DNA of 64,000 bases from Enoplolaimus lenunculus (Eukaryota). Where the stretch lies: positions 186,001-250,000 of the forward strand of contig JASANG010003810.1 of the NCBI GenBank assembly GCA_030248215.1. Direction: 5' to 3'. Both the position numbers and the translations under genes were made by a program. The notes beneath the pieces were generated by a model that was not told the DNA's origin, did not search any database, and was given only the letters and a program-made list of their open reading frames with translations. This document shows positions 12,784-24,508 of this stretch, piece by piece. How positions within the stretch are numbered: position 1 is the first letter of the stretch; every line of letters begins with the position of its first letter.

Positions 12784-14894
12784 CACTTGAGTATAGTTAA
12801 TCCTTGTTTAACTTTCCTCAATGCTACACAGCAAAAAATGGTGAGTCAAGTGGACTCTGTTCGAAATAGGCTTATCCTGACTATACAAACTGAGTCAAAA
12901 TTCGACTCTGCCAGAGTCAAATTCGACTCACTGAACGACTCGGGTGATTCGCATTTTTCTTTGGCGGCGTTGAATTTTGACTCAGTTTGTGTAGTCATAA
13001 AACGCCTATTTCGGATAGAGTCAATTTGACTCGTCATTTTTTGATAGAAATCAAAAGTCCATCCACAGGTTTATTTTCCAAAGCCTAAACTGCGGCTTTT
13101 AGGTTAATGCGAAGGCTGAAACTTTACCCTGTCGTTTAGTGTTCAGGATAATGTGAATCTTGAGCCTAAACCTTAAACTAAGCAAGTCTAATTCTACTCT
13201 CTAAAAGTTTAAACTTACTCGATTTAACCTTAAAATAATCCAACACAATCAAAATGACTTTCTGGATTAGCTGAACTAACAGGTAGGTTTACGCTTAAAC
13301 TAATTTAAAATGTTACGTATTTTTAGTGTAAGCTAAGCTTAATGAACTATTAGATACACATAATTTCTGAGCTGAACTTGTTATTTAAACTAAAAATAAG
13401 TTTACTTAAACTCGTGTAAACTTAAAAACACGTTAGTTTAAATAAAACTTAGAAGTCTAGTTTAGTTAGTCCGTCCAGCCATTTAAGTTTTACTTAAACT
13501 GATATTCAAGTTTAGTTAAGCTATAATGTAAATTTAAGTTTTTACAAGAGTAATATATTAATTCAGTTATTATGTGCGTATGGCGGACGTTTAGCTTCAG
13601 TCTTGGTTCGCTGTTTAGAAAAAATTGTTTCTAAAATATAATTTTTAAAAGTTAACAAAGTTCTTATGCTTGAGATTCTACGACTGTAAAATACTTACGC
13701 TTTAAAGTTTCAAACTCAAATTATTTGGTCCTGGAGTCATTTATGCGCTACAATTAGCGATAATTGAGATTTATGGACTCTAATTAAGGTTTAGGGACTC
13801 TATCCGCTAGCGGACTCTTATTAGGGATACGGACTCCTATTGATTGGAACTCGAAATGGGGACCCCCCGTCTTATTATCCTCCTCTTATTCGGGTCAATA
13901 CAGTAGGTGGGTTGTGTCCGCCAGTTTTCAACCAAAGTTTGAACCCGCAACGATTTGGTTTTAAAAAATGCTTTGGCACATGTCTCATCCCTTTCTTCAT
14001 CTTTACTTTTTTCGAAAATTTAAATTCACCTGTAAAAACACAAAGATCTGGTATGAGAAGCTCAAATATGCAAAAAAACTGAAAAAATGGTGAGCCAAAT
14101 TCCCAGTCTCTGAAATAGACTTTGCGGGACTACGCAAACTGAGTAAAATTCGACTTCGCCAGAGTAAAGTTCGTGTCACTGAGTCGCGCTTTTGACTCTG
14201 GCGAAGTCGAATTTGACTCAGTTTGTGTAATCCCGTAGAGCCTATTTCGAAGAGAGTTAATTTGACTCACCATTTTTTGCAGTGCACAAGTTGAACAGGG
14301 TTCGCGAAACGCAAGCTGAAGCTGAATGATCAAACTGTTTGAAACCTAATGCACAAAGTTGGAAAAGTTTGTATAAGCTTGGGCCAATGTAAACAACACG
14401 GCCGGAACAGTAGTATAAGCATATTCCTAAGCCTAAGCCTAACTGTTAGAATGAGATTATACCTAAGCGTGCACCAAAGCAAGACCTATACCTAAAGATT
14501 AATAGCTTCCTCTATGACTGTCCTGCAGAAAAACGTTCCGTTCCTGATCTTTACGCGGTCTAATGATTGTATGCAAATCGAAACCAACCTACTGTTTTCA
14601 AATTTAGCCGACTCCCTCTGAAACGCAATTTTAGGCCAAAATTAGCTATTTTAACCCGAAATGTAAACACATTACGTGCTTTACCTATATATGAGTAATT
14701 TAGAAGCCAACGGTGTGACGCATGAGAAAATTAGTGTGTTTGCTTAAAACGCTATACTTGGCAAATTTTGAGGTATTTAGCGGATGTAATTGGCTCAAAT
14801 GTCCCGTTTGTGTCGAATGATTAAATAGCACATGAAGTTACAGTTGTGTTTGATATTGACATAATTTTGAAATTATGGTCAAATTTGTTACAGG

Positions 14895-15111
14895 GGCCCA
14901 TGTATAGAACAAGGCCGGAATAGTAGTATAAGCATATTCCTAAGCCTAAGCCTAAGCCTAAGCCTAAGCCTAAGCCTAAGCCTAAGCGTATGGATGAGCC
15001 CATTCCTGAGCCTAAGCCTAAGCAGTCTAAGCAAAAAATTAGTCTAAAGCTTAAACTGACTTTATTATAGCCCCTCCGGAAAACGATCCGGCCCTGTCCT
15101 ATACATGAGTC
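14895..15111. mobile_element. Telomeric-repeat MITE (family D2)
   Basis: 8-bp TSD GTTACAGG; (CCTAAG)8 core. Confidence 0.9.
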
Positions 15112-15603
15112 GTTACAGGTATCACGAGAATTTGTTGCCCGGTATAACTCGTCGACTGACAACTTGCAATCCAAAATTTCATCGACTCGACAATTCGTCG
15201 TCCATATGTGTAGGCTTACGATTTGGGATCAGAATTACGCTTAGGCTTATACTTAAACGTATTTATAGGTTTTGGGACACTGTTGGGCGACAAATTGTCA
15301 GTCGACGAATTGTCGCAGATTAGATATTGCATATGATAACGCCTAAGCTTAATGTTTAAGCCAAAACAAAAATTGAAACTAAGCCGAAGTTTATAATTAT
15401 TAATTTCAATCTTAATACTACAAGTAAAACGGTTATTTCATATTTTATTATTAAAATAAGGTAATTGTATTACTTTCTAGGTTAATGGTTATCAGAATTC
15501 TTATTTTTTGCCTAACAAGCTAGACTCAAATATTAAACCTTAGCCTAAACCTAAAATCCACTTATACTCCGCAAATATGGTTTAGCTAATGTTTAGTACA
15601 CTT

Positions 15604-15673
15604 TTGTTGTTGTTGTTTGTTTGTTTGTTTGTTTGTTGTTGTTGTTGTTGTTCCTGTTGTTGTTGTTGTTGTT
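15604..15673. repeat. (TTG)n/(TTTG)n microsatellite
   Basis: Seen directly. Confidence 0.9.
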
Positions 15674-17611
15674 ATTTTTTGGCGTTTTGATTTAGGCAAT
15701 CAATGGTACATTAATATGGATCCATTAGGGCTTAAGCAGAAACATCCAAACATACTTAAAGCCCAAATTGTAACGATTTCTGTCAGGGGAATTGAGAAAA
15801 ATGATGTTTTTTGTACTTTTACGCTGGAAAACTATTAAGAGATGCCACAAAATGTCGAAAACCGAATTTATCGGAGAGAAATGCATCAGGGTGCAACCGG
15901 ATACTAAAAACTGACGGAGCCGGAGCCGGATAATGAATCAAATTTAATACCAGATTGCATTCAGATCTTTTGAAAATTTTGTTGTTCAGTGATGACCAAA
16001 AGTTGACCGAGACCGAGACTTTTTATTTCCGGTCCCCGCCCATCCCTGGATCGGAAACAAACCATTGGTTTTGCTTATAGACCAATTTTTACGCTGAATT
16101 TAGGCTTAGCCTTAGGAAATCATAGAATTGTTCTGCTGATTTTGCAGCGTTTATTGTTACCCGTCACATTCAAAAATCTACATTACAAGTGTGACAGAAA
16201 AAATATGTAAAAGTTAAATCAGTCAGTAAATTCGAATGATGGTATAAATTTTTTGAAATATTTTAAAATTAATCTCCGGAAAGTTAAAAACCGGAGCCGG
16301 AGCCTTAGCCGGATCTCGATTTTTTGCCGGACCCCGAGCCGGAGCCGGATATCCGGTTGCACCCTTGCGGCCGGATACTAGAAACTGACTTAGCCGCCTG
16401 AACCAAAGCGGGATTCTCCAATATCCGGTTGGATCCGGAGCCGGAGCCGAATAATGTATTCAAATGTAACACTACAGTACATTCATGTATCAGAACGTAG
16501 CTAACAATTTTTTTCCTTCCGCGGCTTTAAGATACCCAAAGTGTTTACGTGACAAAGTTTAACACCTCCCGCCGATGCATTTTTAACACTTTAACAACAA
16601 CCCTATTATACTGTTCTATGTTTTATGTAGCGTTGCGTTCAGTTCCAATATTCGTTTGGCCCATGTTCTTTTAAAGGGCTTCGAGGTATCTGCAGGTACT
16701 ATAAAACAGAGGTGGCTAAGATCACGGATGGGAGTCTCGGTCTCAGTCTCGACAAGTCTGGGTATTTGGCAGGTCTAGGTTTCTTGAGCCTCTGTGGTTT
16801 TGATCTGACACTAGAAGACGAGTATTCAGCAAATACCGGTAAACCTGTAAAAAGCTGAACTTAATATTGCTGAAAGCAAGTAGTGCCTGATGAATAAAAT
16901 TTCTCTATGAATCTATGGATTTTCATAGTTACGCAATAATTACTAGCAGATATTCTGAAAACACACAACAAAACTATGAAAAAACACAAAAAACACTACG
17001 TAAAAAGCATTAGAAATAAATTATTTTGAGAATTTTTTTTGTTTCGGTAATTCCAAAAGTTGCCGAGACCGAGACTTTTCATGGCCGGTCTCCGCCCATT
17101 TCTGTCTCGGATTAAGCCTATTATTTTTGCTTAGGCTGAGAGTATATCTGGTTTTCCAGCGGTATTGTAACGCAATAAAGATTGTGAACGTACCTACACG
17201 GTCACATGCAAACATTTACATTACTTGTGTGACAGAAATAAATACGAATGATGGTATAACTTTTTTGAAGTTTTTAAAAATAATATCCGGCAAGTTAAAA
17301 TACCGGAGCCGAAGCAGGAGCCGGATATCCGGTCGCACCCTAATATGTTTAGTGTTGGCGAAAAAAAAATGAAAACTACTTTGGAGCCAACTCGAGGGTA
17401 CGGGTGCGGAAAAAGTTTCGAACCTCCCTTCGCAAAATTCCAATTTTACACTTTTTAGGGACCGGATTTTCGCTTTAGAAGGGGCCGGGCCACCCTTAGT
17501 ACGATCCTGAATATAGTTTTTTGCTGTACCTACATTATTCGCATTTGATTTGTCTTCCTTCTACGCCAGAACTATCGCGTAGTTGCAGGAGTTTGTCAGT
17601 ATGAAAAATTT

Positions 17612-18900
17612 CATCGCTAGCTGGTGATAGTCGCTATCCCAATTAGAAATTGTGAATTTGGGGTGGACTTATGCTTAGCCTCGCTACTTGGTGGTAGCTG
17701 CTATCCCAATTAGAAATTGTGAATTTGGGGTGGACTGCGACTTAGCCTCGGTAGCTGGTGATAGTCGCTATCCCAATTAGAAATTGTGAATTTGGGGTGG
17801 ACTTATGCTTAGCCTCGCTACTTGGTGGTAGCTGCTATCCCAATTAGAAATTGTGAATTTGGGGTGGACTTATGCTTAGCCTCGCTACTTGGTGGTAGAT
17901 GCTATCCCAATTAGAAATTGTGAATTTGGGGTGGACTTATGCTTAGCCTCGCTACTTGGTGGTAGCTGCTATCCCAATTAGAAATTGTGAATTTGGGGTG
18001 GACTGCGACTTAGCCTCGGTAGCTGGTGATAGTCGCTATCCCAATTAGAAATTGTGAATTTGGGGTGGACTTATGCTTAGCCTCGCTACTTGGTGGTAGC
18101 TGGTATCCCAATTAGAAATTGTGAATTTGGGGTGGACTTATGCTTAGCCTCGCTACTTGGTGGTAGATGCTATCCCAATTAGAAATTGTGAATTTGGGGT
18201 GGACTTATGCTTAGCCTCGCTACTTGGTGGTAGCTGCTATCCCAATTAGAAATTGTGAATTTGGGGTGGACTGCGACTTAGCCTCGGTAGCTGGTGATAG
18301 TCGCTATCCCAATTAGAAATTGTGAATTTGGGGTGGACTTATGCTTAGCCTCGCTACTTGGTGGTAGCTGCTATCCCAATTAGAAATTGTGAATTTGGGG
18401 TGGACTTATGCTTAGCCTCGCTACTTGGTGGTAGATGCTATCCCAATTAGAAATTGTGAATTTGGGGTGGACTTATGCTTAGCCTCGCTACTTGGTGGTA
18501 GCTGCTATCCCAATTAGAAATTGTGAATTTTTGGTGGACTTATGCTTAGCCTCGCTACTTGGTGGTAGCTGCTATCCCAATTAGAAATTGTGAATTTGGG
18601 GTGGACTTATGCTTAGCCTCGCTACTTGGTGGTAGATGCTATCCCAATTAGAAATTGTGAATTTGGGGTGGACTTATGCTTAGCCTCGCTGCTTGGTGGT
18701 AGCTGCTATCCCAATTAGAAATTGTGAATTTGGGGTGGACTTATGCTTAGCCTCGCTACTTGGTGGTAGCTGCTATCCCAACTAGAAATTGTGACTTTGG
18801 GGTGGACTGCGACTTAGCCTCGGTAGCTGGTGATAGCTGCTATGCCAATTAGAAATTGTTAATTTAGGGTGGGCTTAGACTTAAGCTTAGCCTTAGGAAC
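17612..18900. repeat. 67-bp satellite, ~19 copies, with 4-unit higher-order repeat
   Basis: Unit GCTATCCCAATTAGAAATTGTGAATTTGGGGTGGAC...; starts every 67 bp from 17633. Confidence 0.95.
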
Positions 18901-19115
18901 GGCAAAAACATAAGTTTTGAGCTTTACGTTTCGGCTTAAAGTATGATAATTATCAAAGTTAAGCCTAGGCCTTAGCCTAAAAGTGGGTAGAAGTGTACTA
19001 GAGTATACAAAATATTACCGCTTTAGAAATGATGGAGGCGAGGTTGAGATGAATGAGGCATTATAAATTTAGGCAAAATTCATTTGGTTTTTATTCTATC
19101 AAGCATCCAGGTTTC

Positions 19116-19374
19116 GGCCCATCAGAGGCGGAACGTTTTTCTGTGGGACTAGAAAAGAGTAAGCTTAAGCTGTAGACTTATTTTTTTGCTTGGCTTCGGC
19201 TTAAGGCTTACTTAGGCTAAGGGATAAATTCATTCTTACGCTTAGGCTTAGGCTTAGGCTTAGGCTTAGGCTTAGGCTTAGGCTTAGGCTTAGGTTTAGG
19301 CTTAGGCTTAGTCTTAGGCTTAGGCTTAGGGATATGCTTATATTACTGTTCCGCCCCTGTTCTTTACATTGACC
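19116..19374. mobile_element. Telomeric-repeat MITE (family D) with a ~15-unit TTAGGC tract
   Basis: 8-bp TSD CAGGTTTC. Confidence 0.9.
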
Positions 19375-20168
19375 CAGGTTTCAAAACAAATTTGTGAACC
19401 AGTAAGTTACCATTTCTAAACAATCTTGAATTGCAATTGTATTGCGCCCAAAATTATTCGGTGCACCCCAAATATAATTTTCTGCGGACGCCCTTGCGTC
19501 TAATACGATTTAAAAGGTCAATTCTGAGGTCTCTGAAAACCTACGCTGCAGAAGGTTAATTCTAAAGCCTGTCAAATTGACAATATTTATCCCACAGGAC
19601 GTTTTTTCAAGGTAAACAGACCACTGTAACCCATTCTATATATCCTCAAGATGGGCCATACCTGGCCCGATCCCGTAGCTACGGGAAGGCGAGAATGCCC
19701 GGTCTCCAAAAAATTTTGGCCCCTCTTGCTTGTAAATCATCGCAAATCCTTGAATGCGCCTTGTAAAAATTTTGTGGTCCCTGCAAGTAACGTGAGCTGG
19801 CTATGGGATTGGCCTTCACACCCTTTTTTGAGGTTTCGGGTCATGAAAATTTGATGAGGTGATGAGGTTTGCCTACCATAAACAAGCCAGTCTCGGGGTC
19901 ATTTAACGATTCACTGTTAATGACGTCAAGTACGTTTAGTGTCACTCTGTTTTGGGCTCCGGCGAACGGTAAATTGTTTCTAAATGACAACACAACTAAA
20001 CATTTGTGTCTTAGAAACAGCATTCGGTGTTTGTAGAATCTAAAGCAAATGGTTAGCAGCATCGGTGAACATGGGTGGAGCTTAGAGCGTCACATTGCCG
20101 CACAGCGAGCAAGCAACGGACCGTCAGCCAAGCTTACGGACGTCTTCGGCCGTCACGGAGTTTTTGAG

Positions 20169-20474
20169 GGCCACAACAGTAACATAAGCATATTCCTGAG
20201 CCAGCCTATAAGTGTAACCCTAAGTATAAGCATATTCCTAAGCCTATAAGCCTAAGCCTAAGTATAAGCATATTCCTAAGCCTATCAGTCTAAGCCTAAG
20301 TATAAGCATATTCCTAAGACTATAAGTCGAAGCCTAAGCATAAGCAAATTCTTAAGCCTATAAGTCGAAGCCTAAGTTTAAGCTTATACCGAAGCCTAAG
20401 CTAGTCTGAAGCCTTAAGCGAATTGTGTTGCAGTTCCGCAGAAAAATGTTCCACCCCTGATCTTTACATGGGCC
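20169..20474. mobile_element. Telomeric-repeat MITE (family D) with internally amplified subterminal block
   Basis: Repeated TATAAGCATATTCCTAAGCC units; right TIR ...TTTACATGGGCC. Confidence 0.75.
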
Positions 20475-20588
20475 GCAGAGATCAGAATGCAAAAAGTTTC
20501 TGTTTAAGAATTAAGTGGACAATAACCGGTTTTAAAATTCACAAGTCCTGAAGGTTTATTTAGGGGTCGCAGATATTACAGCGACTGC

Positions 20589-20849
20589 GGCCCATGTAAA
20601 GATCGGGGCAGAACGTTATTCTGTGGGACTGCAATAGAGTAAGCTTAAGCTTTAGACTAATTTTTTTTCTCGGCTTAGGCTTTGCCGTAAACTTAGGCAT
20701 ATGAATATGCTTATTCTTGCGCTTAGGCTTAAGCTTGACTTAGGCTTAGGCTTAGGAGAATATGCTTATTCTTGCGCTTACGCTTAGGCTTAGGCTTAAG
20801 CTTAGGCTTAGGAATATGCTTATAATACTGTTCCGCCCCTGTTTTGGCC
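20589..20849. mobile_element. Telomeric-repeat MITE (family D)
   Basis: TSD GCGACTGC/GGGACTGC (7/8). Confidence 0.85.
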
Positions 20850-21648
20850 GGGACTGCGGTAATGTAACCAATTACCCACGAGCCAAGTACAGAACTGACG
20901 CTAAATACAGCACTGTAGTTTTAAGGCGTATATGGACATTTAAAGCGCCATTTACGTTATTCCGCCAATAGCCGGCGTTTGACCAAAAATGGTTGGATTT
21001 TGAAAATTTTTTTGCATATTTGAGTTTCACGCAATGTCTCTTATCATTACACACCCAAATGTGAGTTTTTGAAAAATTTGATTTTTGTCCGGGTACTGTA
21101 GACCCCAAAAAAATTTTCAAAAAAACAATTTATGTAACATGCAACAAAGTTCATCATTACAGGCGTGTACTGCAAAGGTGGCTGTACGATGCTCTAGACC
21201 CACCCTTTTGAAAACTGTTCTGTTATAACAGAAATACGTTTCAAGTGCACCTTGCTAATTATATTTCTTAAATGTAAGAAATTTTTTCTTAAATGTCAGA
21301 AATATTATTTTGAGTGTACCTGTGGACCTTGAAAAATCGAATTTTTGTAAAATTCAAATTTAGGCGTGGAATCGATCAGCAGAGTTGATCCGGACAACCT
21401 CAAAAAATGCAAACAATTTTCAAAATCCGATCATTTTTGAACAAACCATACGACTATTAATGTTGTTTTATTAAATTTGCAGCTATTGATTATAAACTTT
21501 AGAAATGTACAACAGCTTAATTATACGAAGTTTGTTGGGACGAAACAACTTCAGGTAAGACTCAAAAATTCAATTCCAGCTGCCAAGGATGCTAAGGGGA
21601 TCTAAGGATTGGATCCCCATGTCACCGAGCTTCAGACTTCATAATATT

Positions 21649-21841
21649 GGCCAAAGTAAAGAAAAGGGGCGGAACAGTATTAAGCATATTCCTAAGCCTA
21701 AGCCTAAGCCTAAACCTAAACGGGAGAATGAGCATATTCGTAAGCCTAAGCCTAAGCCAAGCAAGAAATTAGTCTAAAGCTTAAGATTACTCTTTTCTAG
21801 CGCCACAGAAAAACGTCCCGTCCCTGATCTTAACATGGGCC
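21649..21841. mobile_element. Telomeric-repeat MITE (family D)
   Basis: GGCC termini, GCCTAA core. Confidence 0.8.
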
Positions 21842-21975
21842 ATATTTGTTAACAAGTAACAAACATCTACGAAACGTGTCAGGAGTTTCGTCTTACGCTT
21901 TCCAAAAAAATTTTCCCACAGCCGTTAAAGACCGAATGAAACGGTTTCTGTATTCTCACGGTCGTCATAGATAGA

Positions 21976-22230
21976 TTACTGTAAAATCCAATGAGTTGAT
22001 TAATCAATTCAGCTAGCGAGTTTAGTTATTGCTGAATTAAAATCAGTAAACATTAACTCATTCTGAGTTGAGCTGATTCTCACTCTGAGTTGAGTTGGCT
22101 CATGGTGAGTTAATTAATTAGCTCAGAATGAATTGAATCAGCTCAAAATTTCTGACTTCTGATAGTCCTAACTCAGACTGAGTGATTTAACCCATTCTGA
22201 GTTAAAATCAACTCACTAAAATTTACAGTG
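21976..22230. mobile_element. CACTG MITE family A
   Basis: AT flanks, TIRs. Confidence 0.8.
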
Positions 22231-22660
22231 ATGTATACGTGTGATAACCGTTGAAGTTGCCATATATATCACCGAAAATTTGGAACCTGCAAGTTACAGT
22301 TGATATCGGATTCCACCGCCTCCAAAAATCCTACATCCGCCACTGTATACGTCATCAATCTGGCACCACAAATAAACCGGCCCAAGCCCGGTTGAAGTTT
22401 GCCTAACTTCAATTGAGCTGTAGCGAATTGTGGTTGAAATTTAACCAATGCGATAGCTCATGACGTCACGAATAACCAATCAACTTTGTGTTCCTCAATA
22501 CAACGATTGTGATTAGAGTTTGGAAAAAATTGATACCGGAAACATGTCATTTATTTAAGCAAAACGAATTTTACGTTCAGCTCCTATCAACGGCTTTTAG
22601 CGTTTTGGACACAAACACGCAAAGTTTTACTCAAAGCAGTCTTATATTTAACAACGTAGG

Positions 22661-23001
22661 GCCCATGCAAAGATCAGGGGCGCAACATTTTTCTGTGGGA
22701 GTGCAATAGAGTAAGCTTAAGCTTTAGACTAATATTTTGCTTTGCTTAGGCTTAGGCTTCGACTTAGGCTTAGGAATATGCTCATTCTTACGCTTAGGAA
22801 TATGCTTTGCAATCGAGTATGCTTAAGCTTTAGATTAAATCTTTTGCTTAGGCTTAGTCTAAAGTATTGGCTTATTGTGACGCTTAGGCGTAGGCTTAGG
22901 CTTCGCGAAGGAATGACTTATTCTGACGCTTAGGCGTAGGCGTAGGCTTCGCGAACGAATATGTTTATACTACTGTTCCAGCCCTGTTCTTTTATATTGG
23001 C
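22661..23001. mobile_element. Telomeric-repeat MITE (family D), internally expanded
   Basis: Both TIRs present, degenerate TTAGGC blocks. Confidence 0.8.
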
Positions 23002-23351
23002 ATAACTTGGCCAGTATTTGTTTTTGAAAGGGTATACAAGTCAAAATGTATAGAGTCTGTGAATGAATAAAAAGAGAAGAGCGTTCGATCCAACTATGGA
23101 GTGAATTAAAAACAAATAACAGTCCGTAACCGAATGACAGAATTCGGCTCACTGCAATATGTACCGGAATGTTTACGTCACTTCTTGTAGTTCAGGGGTA
23201 TACGTCTTGCTAATCACTTTGCATGTGTTCACCCCGGCTCCTGTTAACTGTGAGCTGGGGTTATAAGTTCGAATCGAGCAAGCGCTACGAACACCTGTTT
23301 CCCTGCCAGAAACTTAGGGGGTCATTCGTTCGAATGTTTATTTCACGTAAT

Positions 23352-23517
23352 CAGGCCCGTAGCCAGCTCATCTTGCTAAGGGAGGGCTAAAAAATTTTCA
23401 CCAGGGGCATTTAAAGGTTTTCAATGACTTACAAGCAAAGTTGAAAATCTTCTAGGGGGGCTAAAATTTTTCCAGGGGGGCTGAGCCGCCCTGCCGCCGC
23501 CCTTGGCTACGGGCTCG
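23352..23517. mobile_element. hAT-like MITE (family E, ~165 bp); ~12 copies (6151, 6353, 19667, 25460, 25847, 37010, 40845, 41211, 45364, 46141, 49362)
   Basis: TIR CAGGCCCGTAGCCA...TGGCTACGGGC; 8-bp TSD CACGTAAT. Confidence 0.82.
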
Positions 23518-24254
23518 CACGTAATAGGGGTAACTTTAGATAAAGTCGAGTCTAATACTAATATTTCTATTTACTGTAAATAGTTGAATGTAGACATTTC
23601 GTATCAGTGAAAGTTTTACCCTGTCAACCCAGGGAAGAACTTTGATTGATACCATAAGATGAAAATATCTTTATTTGAAGTGAAAATTATTTTAAAAAAT
23701 ACCAAAAATCCTAACTGCGGTTGTATACCGCAGTAAAGATTATTGGTATTTTTTCAAAACAATTTTCATTTCAGCTCATGAACGTATAGATTTCAAAGCC
23801 AATGTATAGAACAGGACCGTAACAGTAGTGTAGTATTAGCATATTCGTAAGCCTAATCCTAAGTGAAAGCCTAAGCGTAACAATGACTTTATACCTAAAG
23901 CTTAAGCCTAAAGCAAAAAAATTGTCTAAAGCGTATTCTTGCTCAATTACAGCCCGCAGAAAAATGTTCCGCTCCTGATCTTTACATGGTCTGGTTTCGC
24001 TAACTTCACAAAATGGCGTTAGCTATTTTTTGCATAAGCTTTTATGATAAATCAGCGCATAACGTTTTGTGATAAATAAAGGTCTCGAAAAGAGTTCCAG
24101 GTATTTAGTTCAGTTGTTTTTAAGAACGGAGATAAAATTCCTGAATTTCATTGGCAACGATGTCCCCTTCCTTGAAAGCCTGAAATCATCTCGGGCAGTT
24201 CTGCTGGTACCCCTACGGCAGGAAAACTTTTGTTTGGTATTTTGAGAAGATCTT

Positions 24255-24508
24255 CACTGTAAATTCCAATGAGTTGATTAATCAATTCAGCTAGCGAGTT
24301 GGTTATTTCTGAATTAATATCAGTAAACATTAACTCACTCTCAGTTGAGGTGATTCTCACGCTGAGTTGAGTTGGCTCTTGATGAGTTGATTAATTAGCT
24401 CAGAATGAAAATTTAGTCAACTCAAAAATTTGAGTTCTCATAGTCCTAATTCAGACTCAGTGATTCAACTCATTCTGTGTTAAAATCAACTCACTGAAAT
24501 TTACAGCG
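24255..24508. mobile_element. CACTG MITE family A
   Basis: TIRs; near reverse complement of 122-377. Confidence 0.8.

Noticed and set aside
17612..18900. CRISPR-like appearance (36-bp constant part + ~31-bp variable part)
   Set aside because: The variable parts are two or three recurring variants rather than unique spacers; the context is eukaryotic and there are no cas genes.
19242..19331. True telomere or chromosome-fusion site
   Set aside because: The tract is internal to a TIR element with a perfect 8-bp TSD, and there is no head-to-head telomere junction.
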